From: Nemertoderma westbladi
Lineage: Eukaryota > Animalia > Xenacoelomorpha
Assembly (NCBI GenBank): GCA_032718475.1
Contig: JAUCBJ010006872.1
Coordinates: 25,495-89,494 of the forward strand
DNA length: 64,000 nucleotides
Direction: 5' to 3'
The position numbers and the translations under genes were made by a program. The notes under the pieces are model-generated. The model did not search any database. It worked only from the letters and a program-made list of their open reading frames with translations, and was not told the DNA's origin. Shown here one piece after another: positions 12,401 through 20,792 of the stretch (within the stretch, counting starts at the first letter, position 1; each line of letters starts with the position of its first letter).

Positions 12401-15400
12401 GTAGGCCAGAAGCTGATAGGCCTATACCGGTACCAGTGCAGCAGTATGACTACAGCACCAAAGGATATAACATATACCCAGGGGAGGGGGGAATTATTGC
12501 GGATAGATGCATGGGCCCCAATATATTAACATCAACCCCACTACCAAGCATACCGGTGGGGGGGGGACAGGGTGACATTCCCCCATCGCAATATCAACAA
12601 TATACCCCAATAGGAGCGAGAACAACGAACCCCTTGGATGAAAATAAGTCATGCGACACAGAAATATGGAGGGGGCCGCTACCCCCAATGATATACCCAA
12701 GTCAGAGAAAAACAGGGAATAGAACGGATGGACCGCACCAAACAAGGGAAACTATGCAGCATCCATCGAACCCATTGGAGGCGCAGGCGGTGGGGATGGC
12801 CACGTTGATCGATGCGTTAAAAACCAGGATCGAGTTACCACCCGTGGAACCATTCAAATTCGATGGGAGTAGGCCGGAAGAATATCTACAGTTTCGGCGC
12901 ATGTATAGTAACGAGATACTAACAAAAAACTTAACGCAGGCGGAGTGCCTGAAGTATCTGCAAGTATACACAGGAGGCCCAGCATACGACATCGTGAGGC
13001 AATACCAGGGTATAGAAGGCGGCTTCACGACGGCATGGCGGGCACTGGATAGGGAATACGGGCACCCAGCTAAGATCATCAGGCAAACCCTGAGAGGCAT
13101 AACAACGGGTGGCCTACAGGATAATCCCGTTAGCATTAAGACGTTTGCTAACAAAGTCGAAAAGGCGCTGATCGTGCTAAAGACGCTAGACGCACCATAC
13201 GAGCTCAACGCGTCCAACAACATCACCACGATAGCGCAGGCACTACCGATGTGGCTGCGCAATAAGTGGAGAAAAGTCGCTTTCTCCACTAGAGACAGAA
13301 AGGGTGCGGAACCGGGTCTAGAAGAAATGTCCAGCTTCTTAAGCTACGAAGCTGAACTAATAACCGACCCAGTCTATAGCGAAGATAGCCTGGGAAAGGG
13401 ACCAAAGACGGATTACAATCGACCGAAACCAGAGCACAACACGTCGAATGCATTACCAAAGCTCAGGCAATCACTGCCATATGCAGCAACGCAGGGGACT
13501 GCGAGTCCACAAGTAGCCGAGGGTAAGACCGGACAGGGAAAAAATAACAACACGAATGAACATAACCCTAATACATCCAGTAGGCCGAACCCAAGCTATA
13601 AAAACAGTAGGGACTTTAGTACAAATGCAGTTGCGATACGCGATGCGCTGTACAAGGACGGCTACGACCCAAAGAGCAAATGCCAGCTACATACAAATGC
13701 AAGGCATCTAACCATGGATTGCAGCTACTGGCAAGCGTTACCTAGGGAAGATCAGGTAGAATACGCGGACAGAAATGACATCTGCTCGCGATGTGTGATG
13801 AGTGGACATCGAGCGAGGCAATGCAAGGAGACGCCGGTTAAGTTCCGTCGAGACAAAGGCCAAACGATGGCAACAAGCACAGTAGGGGCGAAGAAGAGAG
13901 GAACGGTGCTACTTGGGGTAGTACCGGTGCGAGTGATTGGGGAAGGCAATCGATCAGTAACCACTCTGATGCTGGTTGATAGCGGAGCTGCCTTCACGTT
14001 AGTCGAGGATTGGGTGGCCGAAGAAATAGGATTGAGGACGAGGCCAAGTAGAATGGCAGTAACAACCATCTCGAGCAAAGACGAAGTCCTAGAGATGAGG
14101 ACCGGACGGTGCGCGATAGCAGCAGTGGCACCGGGATGTGACTACGGGGCAACCATCGACCCCATCCAAGTGATAGAGTCAATTAATATCAATGCCAGGC
14201 GACCAACCAACATCGAGGTCGAGCAATATAAATTCCTGGACAGTATTGACTTCTCAATCCCGGAGGTGGACGTCAGGAAGGTATCCATCATAGTAGGAAT
14301 GGACTGCCCGACGGCCCACGAGAGAATGCAAACGGTCTTCGGCGAAGACAGGGAGTGTGACCCAGTGGCGATATTGACACCATTCGGGTGGACACTGAGT
14401 GGCCCAATCAAGAGCAAGATACCATTTAGGATGTCGGAGACATCAGGATGCATGTTCGCGGGAACAATGCAGGAAATGGGTGATGAGGGAGCAGAGGAGC
14501 AGCTTAAAAGACTGCTCAGACAAGATTTCGAGGGACTAAAAGAAACCGGGGTCGGGACCTCGGTAGAAGACAAACAGGCTTTACAAAGCGTGGAAGAATC
14601 GATGAAGTGCGACGAGGGGCGGTACACTATAGGAATGGTATGGAAACTACCGAAAATACCGCTGCCCGATAACAGAGGGATGGTACTCACGAGACTCCGC
14701 AAGCTGAAACAAACACTAAAACGGAGCCCCGAGAAGAATGAGTACATCCACAGAACGATCAAGAAGTACGTCGAGAAAGGATGGGCCGTGGAGTTACCGG
14801 TCGACGAACCGAACACGGACAGGACATATTACCTGCCACTCCACGTGGCTTTAGACCCAAAGAAAGGTAAACTGCGGATGGTGGTTGACGCATCGGCAAA
14901 GACCAACGGAAAATGCTTAAACGACTATCTGTTAGAAGGCCCAAACATATACAATTCGGGCATAGAGGTGTTACTTAGATTTCGAAATGGGAAACACGCC
15001 TTCACGTGTGACATAGAAGGCATGTTCAACCAAGTCCGTGTAACGGAAGAAGATAGCGACAGTCAACGCTTCTTATGGTATGACGGCGAAGAAGAACCGC
15101 CGATAATACCAGCATATAAGATGATAGTACAGAACATGGGTGCCAAGTCGTCTTCATTTACGACGACTATGGCAGTGAGAGACACAGTAAAGGGGAAGGA
15201 AGATAGATACAGCAGTAGGGCCGTCGATATGATTCGACGCGGCTTCTACGTAGACGACGGAATGGAGTCTGGAAATACGGTTAAGAAGATACTGGATACA
15301 GGGCGCGAGGTTCGCGACATCCTAAAGGGATCCGGCTTTAACCTGACCAAATTCCAATCCAGTTCGGAAGAATTTATAAAAGCCATAGAGGACAGGAAAC

Positions 15401-17886
15401 CAGAATCGACCATGGATAATCCCACAACAGCCAAAGGGCAGGACATGGCGATTAAGAGAACGGAATCCCAGCAGAAGGCATTGGGAATCGTGTGGGATAG
15501 AGAGACAGACGAACTGAAGTATCAGCTGAGCCAGGAGGGCGCAGACATCCACACGAAGAGGGGCTACGTATCGTATATAGCAAGGATATATGATCCCCTA
15601 GGCCTAGCATCCCCATTATTAGTCACGGGGAAACAGATACTCAAGAGAGTATACAAATTGAAAGATGAATGGGACGTAGAGGTACCAGAGGAAATCAAGA
15701 AACAGTGGAGCAAATGGACAGGAAACTTGGAGAAGATGGGAACATACAACATGCCAAGGGTGTATTTCCCGGATGGGAACATGACGAATCTGGACCTACA
15801 CATGTTCTCCGACGCGTCGTTGGAAGCGTACGGAGCAGCACTCTACTTAGTACAACGAGAAGGGGCTCATAGGCCAAGGCTAGCCTTTAGCAAAGCAAAG
15901 TCAACGCCGCCAGATTCAGCATCAGTTCCCAAGTTAGAATTGACAGCTGCGAGACTAGGAGTAAGAGCCACAGCCTACCTAGTGGATACTATTCCCAACA
16001 TAGTGGAGACACACTACTGGACGGACTCCATGGTAATGCTTGGTTGGCTACACAACGAAAGGACGAGATACCCGATATTCGTCGCGAATAGAGTGGACGA
16101 AATAAGGGCAAGCACGGAACTGGAAAGGTGGCACTACTGCCCAACAGACGAGAACCCAGCGGACTTGCTGTCGAGGGGCGTGGAACGCCACACTTTCCTG
16201 AAGAAGGAAGTATTGTGGCAACATGGGCCACAATTTCTAAGCGATAGGGAGGCCTGGCCGCCGATGAGGAAGGTGGACCCGGGCTCGGAAGTAGTATCAG
16301 AAGGAGAAGAGGGAGATTCAGAGGGAGAAGAGATATACTCCCAGATGGTGAGGGAGATTAGGGACGTGCAACCAGGAAGGGAACTGTGCGATAACCCAAC
16401 GGATAAACTCCTCAGCTATAGTTCTAGTTGGTATAAGACCAAGAAACTAGTGGCGTATTGGAGAGCCTTTGGGAATTTCCTTGCAGGAGTTGGCAAGGAC
16501 AAGAAAATCAGGATAACAATAGATCTGGAGGGAGCGGCCAAGGCAGTGATCCGCTATGAACAACGGAAGAACTACGGCGACGAGGTGGAACGCCTCGGTA
16601 ACCATCAGCACCTCCGACGGGACAGCGAGCTGATTACACTGTCGCCACAACTCAATGACGACGGGATTCTAGTAATGAATTCTAGGGTGGGATACAACAA
16701 CAGCATAATCGTACCACCGAAACCCATCATCATTCCTACAGGATCGCCAATAGTCCACCAGATTATATGGGACTCCCACAAATCGATATTGCATGGGGGC
16801 ACCAACCGAACCCTCACAGAGATAAGGAGGACCTATTGGGTCAAACAATTAAGGAAGAAGGTTAAAGCGGTAGTGGGGCAGTGCCAGACCTGCCGACGAG
16901 CGAAGAAGGAGCGAGCCGTACAGGAGATGGCGCCACTACCGGCGAGTAGGGTAAGACAGCACGACCCGCCATTTACGCATTGCGGTGTGGACATGTTCGG
17001 GCCGATAAAGATCAAAGTGATGCGGCACACGGAGAAACGCTACGGCATTATCTTCGTATGTAACAACACGCGGGCAGTAGGGATAGAACTCGCCCAAGAT
17101 GCAACCGCATCAGCATTCATTAATGCCTTGGAAAGGTTTAGGGACTGCAAAGGTGGGACGATCGCAGTGATATACAGCGACAATGGCACCAACTTTGTAG
17201 GCGCAGAGAATGAGATGGCAGAGGCTTTGGACATCCTGGAAGGGGAGGAAGTCAGGGCGGCCATGAGACGACGACAAGTGAAGTGGGAAAGGAGGACGCC
17301 GTATGCACCACATACACTAGGATGCGTCGAGAGACTGGTGGGCAGTTCAAAGCGTCTAATGACGAAGCTAATGAACACCCACATGGTCACTGAGGACGTC
17401 TTACGGACAGTGCTTGCGAAGTGCGAGGGGATCATTAATAGCAGACCGCTATATCCGGAGAATGATGATCCTGAGTCACTAGACGTGCTGACGCCTAGCC
17501 ATTTTCTGATGGAAAGGCCAGCGACCATCGATATGCGGGGTGTAGACCCAGATGATATACACTCCCGCCAGAGTTGGAAAGTCGCTAAAGCAATTAGCGC
17601 AGAGTATTGGAGGAGGTGGGTAGAAGAATACCTACCCACACTCCATAAAAGAAGCAAATGGAGGAAGCCGAATAGAGAGTTGAAAGAGGGAGATCTCGTA
17701 ATCGTTACGGATGATACTATCATCAACAACCAATGGCGGTTGGCGAGAATTGTAGGCACTTACTCCGACGAGGACGGAAGAGTCCGATCGGTAGAAGTGC
17801 GGATAGGTGGTAAGATAGGTGCGAAGGACAGAAAAACCTACAGGAGAGCTGTAGGGAAATGCTGTCTCCTAGAAGGGGCACCTTAA
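9409..17886 (+). CDS. Bel/Pao gag-pol polyprotein (2825 aa)
   Basis: Gag (KFDG; Zn knuckle CSRCVMSGHRARQC), protease LVDSGA, RT DIEGMF/YVDD, RNase H FSDAS/PKLEL/WTDS, integrase HH-CC plus GVDMFGP/SDNGTNF/ERLV and W..EYL tail. Order PR-RT-RH-IN. Confidence 0.97.
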   Translation: MSRSGDTTPTRTPDEELTIREAATRRYRPTTPEPSITGDPEVQDEGDRLESEAESRGGGVESEDRENEVEGEREESTRNEGRRADVAGQPQAEGDGRPTGTAKVGPTVRRRTRRDDGDVDTDVAGQPQAEGDGRPTGTATVGPPVRRRTRRDGGEVGDEDVGVSDRLRRAYNATRRLLEEARKGKTIDEVKLNSGLGKSDRYFHYLMRFGQRELAEERATRVAEELYDSWRYGCIQPRVVYIGPYLIDARGIKSVGWNRPEEGEPEVDPAGSVSSVGESSGKRGKVSRSGRRRGSVVTDKSATSSAKERVVREADATYRIDLITQGQEEISKRLKEGKVLLEREAVSIRETRERAERAIRRLREYDEIEWKEQEERVAREKSERKEREAEREKREAREESERRERKARRREGIRIEVELAKQNEREAMDKMAEEGREQEELKKRQREFVEYKARQTRELRLARAGVSESGTGSSIFEEQEAVDVFINAPLTGTARRTRNWCDRTSGGGNNITVDDVNINNTVLNDPNQIFIAGNTLPNSNNFILNQNDSNINVQNNSNNVVIQSNPNNLNNNPNSILQNNPNNVITQNNVSNFGAQDNLGALEDTHGGVINVNASDVHSPAGEGLVGHVVSRPEVAGLSQPEVGLVGLVDSRPKAAGLSQPEAGLVGQVVVEREAGVSGPSRNTNIVSTGEECRSGIRDSEVRCGEWGGATGAPPHKISGERGGAENAPQEGYRSVVRGGEVRSGGWGGATSTPPREVSDERGGAENVPQASADNARAEVGKPQHPATESNRGIASIPSGVRSSRERQVDVARGRTERRARPEEGRRTVEFNREVDERSHEPEYCTERRRREDGRRSIAANDRRARTDSEPSVVEMEGESRWGRTTGDCRRPGETRPDEAHYASREGYMMYRHEDESGRGGQRETFRRDIPADRGYGSRGEDYSRRINFDPEQHIQTVRHTVGLTAHTIGHADRSNVGDRIAWTTGLNPEVAEYIPVGRPEADRPIPVPVQQYDYSTKGYNIYPGEGGIIADRCMGPNILTSTPLPSIPVGGGQGDIPPSQYQQYTPIGARTTNPLDENKSCDTEIWRGPLPPMIYPSQRKTGNRTDGPHQTRETMQHPSNPLEAQAVGMATLIDALKTRIELPPVEPFKFDGSRPEEYLQFRRMYSNEILTKNLTQAECLKYLQVYTGGPAYDIVRQYQGIEGGFTTAWRALDREYGHPAKIIRQTLRGITTGGLQDNPVSIKTFANKVEKALIVLKTLDAPYELNASNNITTIAQALPMWLRNKWRKVAFSTRDRKGAEPGLEEMSSFLSYEAELITDPVYSEDSLGKGPKTDYNRPKPEHNTSNALPKLRQSLPYAATQGTASPQVAEGKTGQGKNNNTNEHNPNTSSRPNPSYKNSRDFSTNAVAIRDALYKDGYDPKSKCQLHTNARHLTMDCSYWQALPREDQVEYADRNDICSRCVMSGHRARQCKETPVKFRRDKGQTMATSTVGAKKRGTVLLGVVPVRVIGEGNRSVTTLMLVDSGAAFTLVEDWVAEEIGLRTRPSRMAVTTISSKDEVLEMRTGRCAIAAVAPGCDYGATIDPIQVIESININARRPTNIEVEQYKFLDSIDFSIPEVDVRKVSIIVGMDCPTAHERMQTVFGEDRECDPVAILTPFGWTLSGPIKSKIPFRMSETSGCMFAGTMQEMGDEGAEEQLKRLLRQDFEGLKETGVGTSVEDKQALQSVEESMKCDEGRYTIGMVWKLPKIPLPDNRGMVLTRLRKLKQTLKRSPEKNEYIHRTIKKYVEKGWAVELPVDEPNTDRTYYLPLHVALDPKKGKLRMVVDASAKTNGKCLNDYLLEGPNIYNSGIEVLLRFRNGKHAFTCDIEGMFNQVRVTEEDSDSQRFLWYDGEEEPPIIPAYKMIVQNMGAKSSSFTTTMAVRDTVKGKEDRYSSRAVDMIRRGFYVDDGMESGNTVKKILDTGREVRDILKGSGFNLTKFQSSSEEFIKAIEDRKPESTMDNPTTAKGQDMAIKRTESQQKALGIVWDRETDELKYQLSQEGADIHTKRGYVSYIARIYDPLGLASPLLVTGKQILKRVYKLKDEWDVEVPEEIKKQWSKWTGNLEKMGTYNMPRVYFPDGNMTNLDLHMFSDASLEAYGAALYLVQREGAHRPRLAFSKAKSTPPDSASVPKLELTAARLGVRATAYLVDTIPNIVETHYWTDSMVMLGWLHNERTRYPIFVANRVDEIRASTELERWHYCPTDENPADLLSRGVERHTFLKKEVLWQHGPQFLSDREAWPPMRKVDPGSEVVSEGEEGDSEGEEIYSQMVREIRDVQPGRELCDNPTDKLLSYSSSWYKTKKLVAYWRAFGNFLAGVGKDKKIRITIDLEGAAKAVIRYEQRKNYGDEVERLGNHQHLRRDSELITLSPQLNDDGILVMNSRVGYNNSIIVPPKPIIIPTGSPIVHQIIWDSHKSILHGGTNRTLTEIRRTYWVKQLRKKVKAVVGQCQTCRRAKKERAVQEMAPLPASRVRQHDPPFTHCGVDMFGPIKIKVMRHTEKRYGIIFVCNNTRAVGIELAQDATASAFINALERFRDCKGGTIAVIYSDNGTNFVGAENEMAEALDILEGEEVRAAMRRRQVKWERRTPYAPHTLGCVERLVGSSKRLMTKLMNTHMVTEDVLRTVLAKCEGIINSRPLYPENDDPESLDVLTPSHFLMERPATIDMRGVDPDDIHSRQSWKVAKAISAEYWRRWVEEYLPTLHKRSKWRKPNRELKEGDLVIVTDDTIINNQWRLARIVGTYSDEDGRVRSVEVRIGGKIGAKDRKTYRRAVGKCCLLEGAP

Positions 17887-17994
17887 TGGAGTGTGAGAGG
17901 AGTTTTTAGTCGTCCAAGTTTTGGACTGAGGGGGGTGGGATTGAGGGCGAGACGCCCTTCCCACACAAATACAAATAAAATAAAAATAAAATAA

Positions 17995-18560
17995 TAGTAC
18001 GTAGTAGGTACGCAGTTAATAGGCAGAAGGTAGAAGAGTTAGAAGGTACGTAGTACCTAGAGTTAGTTAGTTAGTTAGGAGGTACATAGTACCATTAGTT
18101 AGTAAGAGTCAGCTAGTTAGTTAGTTAAGGGTACGTAGTACCGCTAGTTAGCTAGAGTAGTTAGAGGGTACGTAGTACCATTAGTTAGTAAGAGTCAGAT
18201 AGTTAGTTGGTTGAGGGTACGTAGTACCGCTAACTAGCTAGAGAGTAAGAGTCAGAGGGTACGTAGTACCATTGGTTAGTAAGAGTCAGAATAGTTAGTT
18301 GGTTGAGGGTATGTAGTACCACTAACTAGCTAGAGAGTAAGAGTCAGAGGGTACGTAGTACCATTGGTTAGTAAGAGTTAGAATAGTTAGTTGGTTGAGG
18401 GTACGTAGTACCGCTAACTAGCTAGAGAGTAAGAGTTAGGATAGTTAGTTGGTTGAGGGTACGTAGTACCGCTAACTAGCTAGAGAGTAAGAGTTAGAAG
18501 GTATGTAGTACCGTAAGAGAGTAGGTAGTTAAAGGGTACGTAGTACCGACAGTTAGAGAG
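17995..18560 (+). repeat. Tandem array of palindromic GGTACGTAGTACC cores in the retrotransposon 3' non-coding region
   Basis: About 12 cores separated by related AG/T-rich spacers of roughly 25-45 nt. Confidence 0.85.
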
Positions 18561-19730
18561 CGAGAGTGAGAATTAGTAAGAAAGTACTAGTTAGTAAGAG
18601 ATAGAGGTAGAGGGGTATATACGACATAGATATTAGTTAGCAGTTAGAGGGGGGCATATGGGTACAGCTGGATAAATCGTGTGGCCACGCGACGCATACT
18701 GTTGTACTGCATAGGCCCACAGAGTAGGCCAGAATGTGGATTAGAGAGTAGGATAATCCATAGGCAATAGTAGGTGGTAGCACAGTAGGACAAAACAAAA
18801 CAAAATAAATAGAATAGGGCTGAAAGTTACAATTATGGTAACAGTAGGAAAATCATTCTGGAACACAATAAAAGTAACTGATAGAATAGAATAGGATAGA
18901 CGGGAAGCGAAGCGATTGGAAGAAATCGCTAGACAGGAAAAGACAGAAAGCAGATCCCAGGGGAGCGATAGTGACTAGGAAGCGACCCAGGGAGGAAGCC
19001 ATCTCGAGAGAGACGGGGAGGCCCCCGAGGTCGGGAGGAATAGACTGAGGCTTTAGTGTGGTACGCCTGGAAGGCGCCACGCGAGACGTGCGAACTATTA
19101 AATACAAATTTAATTTCAATGTAAATAATCAATATAAGTGCAATTTGTATGTACGTACGTAGTAATCAGTAATCTAGAAATATATATACGCTCGATGTAA
19201 GTACTATAGTCATACAACCTTTCTCAATTAGCTACTGGGAATGGGGACTAGATTGACTATGGGACTATGGACGAGACACGAGACGACTTCACACTTCTTG
19301 AGTGCGATGGCACGGGAGGGGAGGTGACATTCGTCAGAGGGGATGAGGTAGTCAATGAGGGGTCGAGGGAAGAATGATAGTGCGGAGTGCGGAGAGGGTG
19401 CGGATGCAATCCTAGCGTGTGGGGGGGGGGGAAGGAGTAAGAGGCTGAGTAAGGGACAGAGAAGTCCGAGAGTAGAGTGAGAGGAGAGTAGAGTCAAGGG
19501 CGAAAGTGTTGGGGAAACAAAAATCGTGTGAGAGGCGAGCACGATCGGCCCGACATGGACGCCAGGCGTATAGGGTAGCGTTATCATACCCAGAGGGAGC
19601 GGCCTGGAAAGCCGACTCCGAGAGAAAAGATTTCCACCCCACACCCGATGCTAGATCGGGATCCAGCGGGATTGTAGCGCACTTTTCGGTTGATGCTATC
19701 TTCTCACCGGGAAGATAGCATGGGGGGGAG

Positions 19731-20271
19731 TGTTAGCTTATCCAATCCCGCTAACACCCCATAAAAGTTAAGCCGATAAGCAATATTGGGGGCCTCGAGA
19801 TTGGGCAATCAACCAACTCGCGCCACCCCAACAAAATGGGAAGGTGAACCACACAATAAGGGTCAGGGGCCAAACCCCTAACCAAGAGAGAACAGGTGGA
19901 GTGAACGGGACACTCCAAAGGGCGCCAACAAGGGTATCAACCAATCGGAGGGGGGAAGGCACCGATTGAGTAGAGCAATAAGGCCACCGTGCAATATAAC
20001 CAGTAACCAGTAATCATATTACCTCAGTTATCTCGGTGTTATTGGTACTACTGTAAGAATAGTTTAGCTAGGGAAGTACCGGGATTTCAGTTACCGTCTC
20101 CCGCCTTCCGTGTACAACAATATTACCAGTCATCATTATCTATATCTATATTGTATATACCTCGAACATTGCAATACAACGAACAACAGAAACTCTTTAT
20201 CTTTCACACACGGCGGGGACGCGTGAACTGACAAAACGGATAAATCGGGATCCTTCCTGGATCCCGTCACA
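19731..20271 (+). repeat. 3' LTR
   Basis: Direct repeat of 8796-9336, preceded by the PPT. Confidence 0.97.
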
Positions 20272-20276
20272 TCGTT

Positions 20277-20720
20277 CCACGATACGCATGGGTACAAAAA
20301 AATACTATATAAATTGGAAAAAATACAAAACTACGCATTACGACTGATATTTACCAAACAGATAAGAGAAATAACAGGAACACAACTCCGAGAGCTTGCA
20401 AAAATACCATATCTTAATGCTCGACGAGAATTCGAAGCACTACAATACCTTTACAGATAACATTGCATCTTTTAAACAATTGAGACTACCATTTATACAA
20501 CAATTAAATATATCAAATAAAATCATAAACAAACGCACCAAAAAAATCAAGATGCCAAAAACTAAAAACAAATACGGACATTATTCATTTCTTATAGCAT
20601 GTTCTAGAATATGGAATCGCATAAACAAAATATTCCGTGACAAAATATTTCAAAATAATTTTATATCGCAAGTAAAAACACACTACATGAAACAATACGA
20701 TAGATCAGCCGTTACGTAAC
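20277..20720 (+). mobile_element. Decayed CR1/L2-group LINE C-terminal fragment (target of the Bel/Pao insertion)
   Basis: LEKIQNYALRLIF (~20313-20352) and KNKYGHYSFLIACSRIWN resemble CR1/L2 RT C-terminal motifs; frames are broken. Confidence 0.65.
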
Positions 20721-20792
20721 AGAACAATCCACCATAAGGTTAAATGCTCTAGTATGGATAGTGTGCCTTGAAATGATATGAGTGTAACGATA

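Larger units (their letters stand above)
8796..20271 (+). mobile_element. Full-length Bel/Pao LTR retrotransposon, recent insertion
   Basis: Two 541-bp TG...CA LTRs that look identical by eye, 5-bp TSD TCGTT (8791-8795 and 20272-20276), polypurine tract GGGGGGGAG abutting the 3' LTR, single intact gag-pol ORF. Confidence 0.97.

Noticed and set aside
9374-17759. Many long antisense ORFs over the gag-pol gene
   Set aside because: Shadows of a biased coding strand with no recognisable motifs.
17995-18560. CRISPR-like repeat-spacer array
   Set aside because: The core is only 13 bp, spacers are related to each other, the context is a eukaryotic retrotransposon, and no cas genes are present.
17887-19730. 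env-like or accessory gene after pol
   Set aside because: No substantial sense ORF; the antisense ORFs are low-complexity products of purine-rich sequence.
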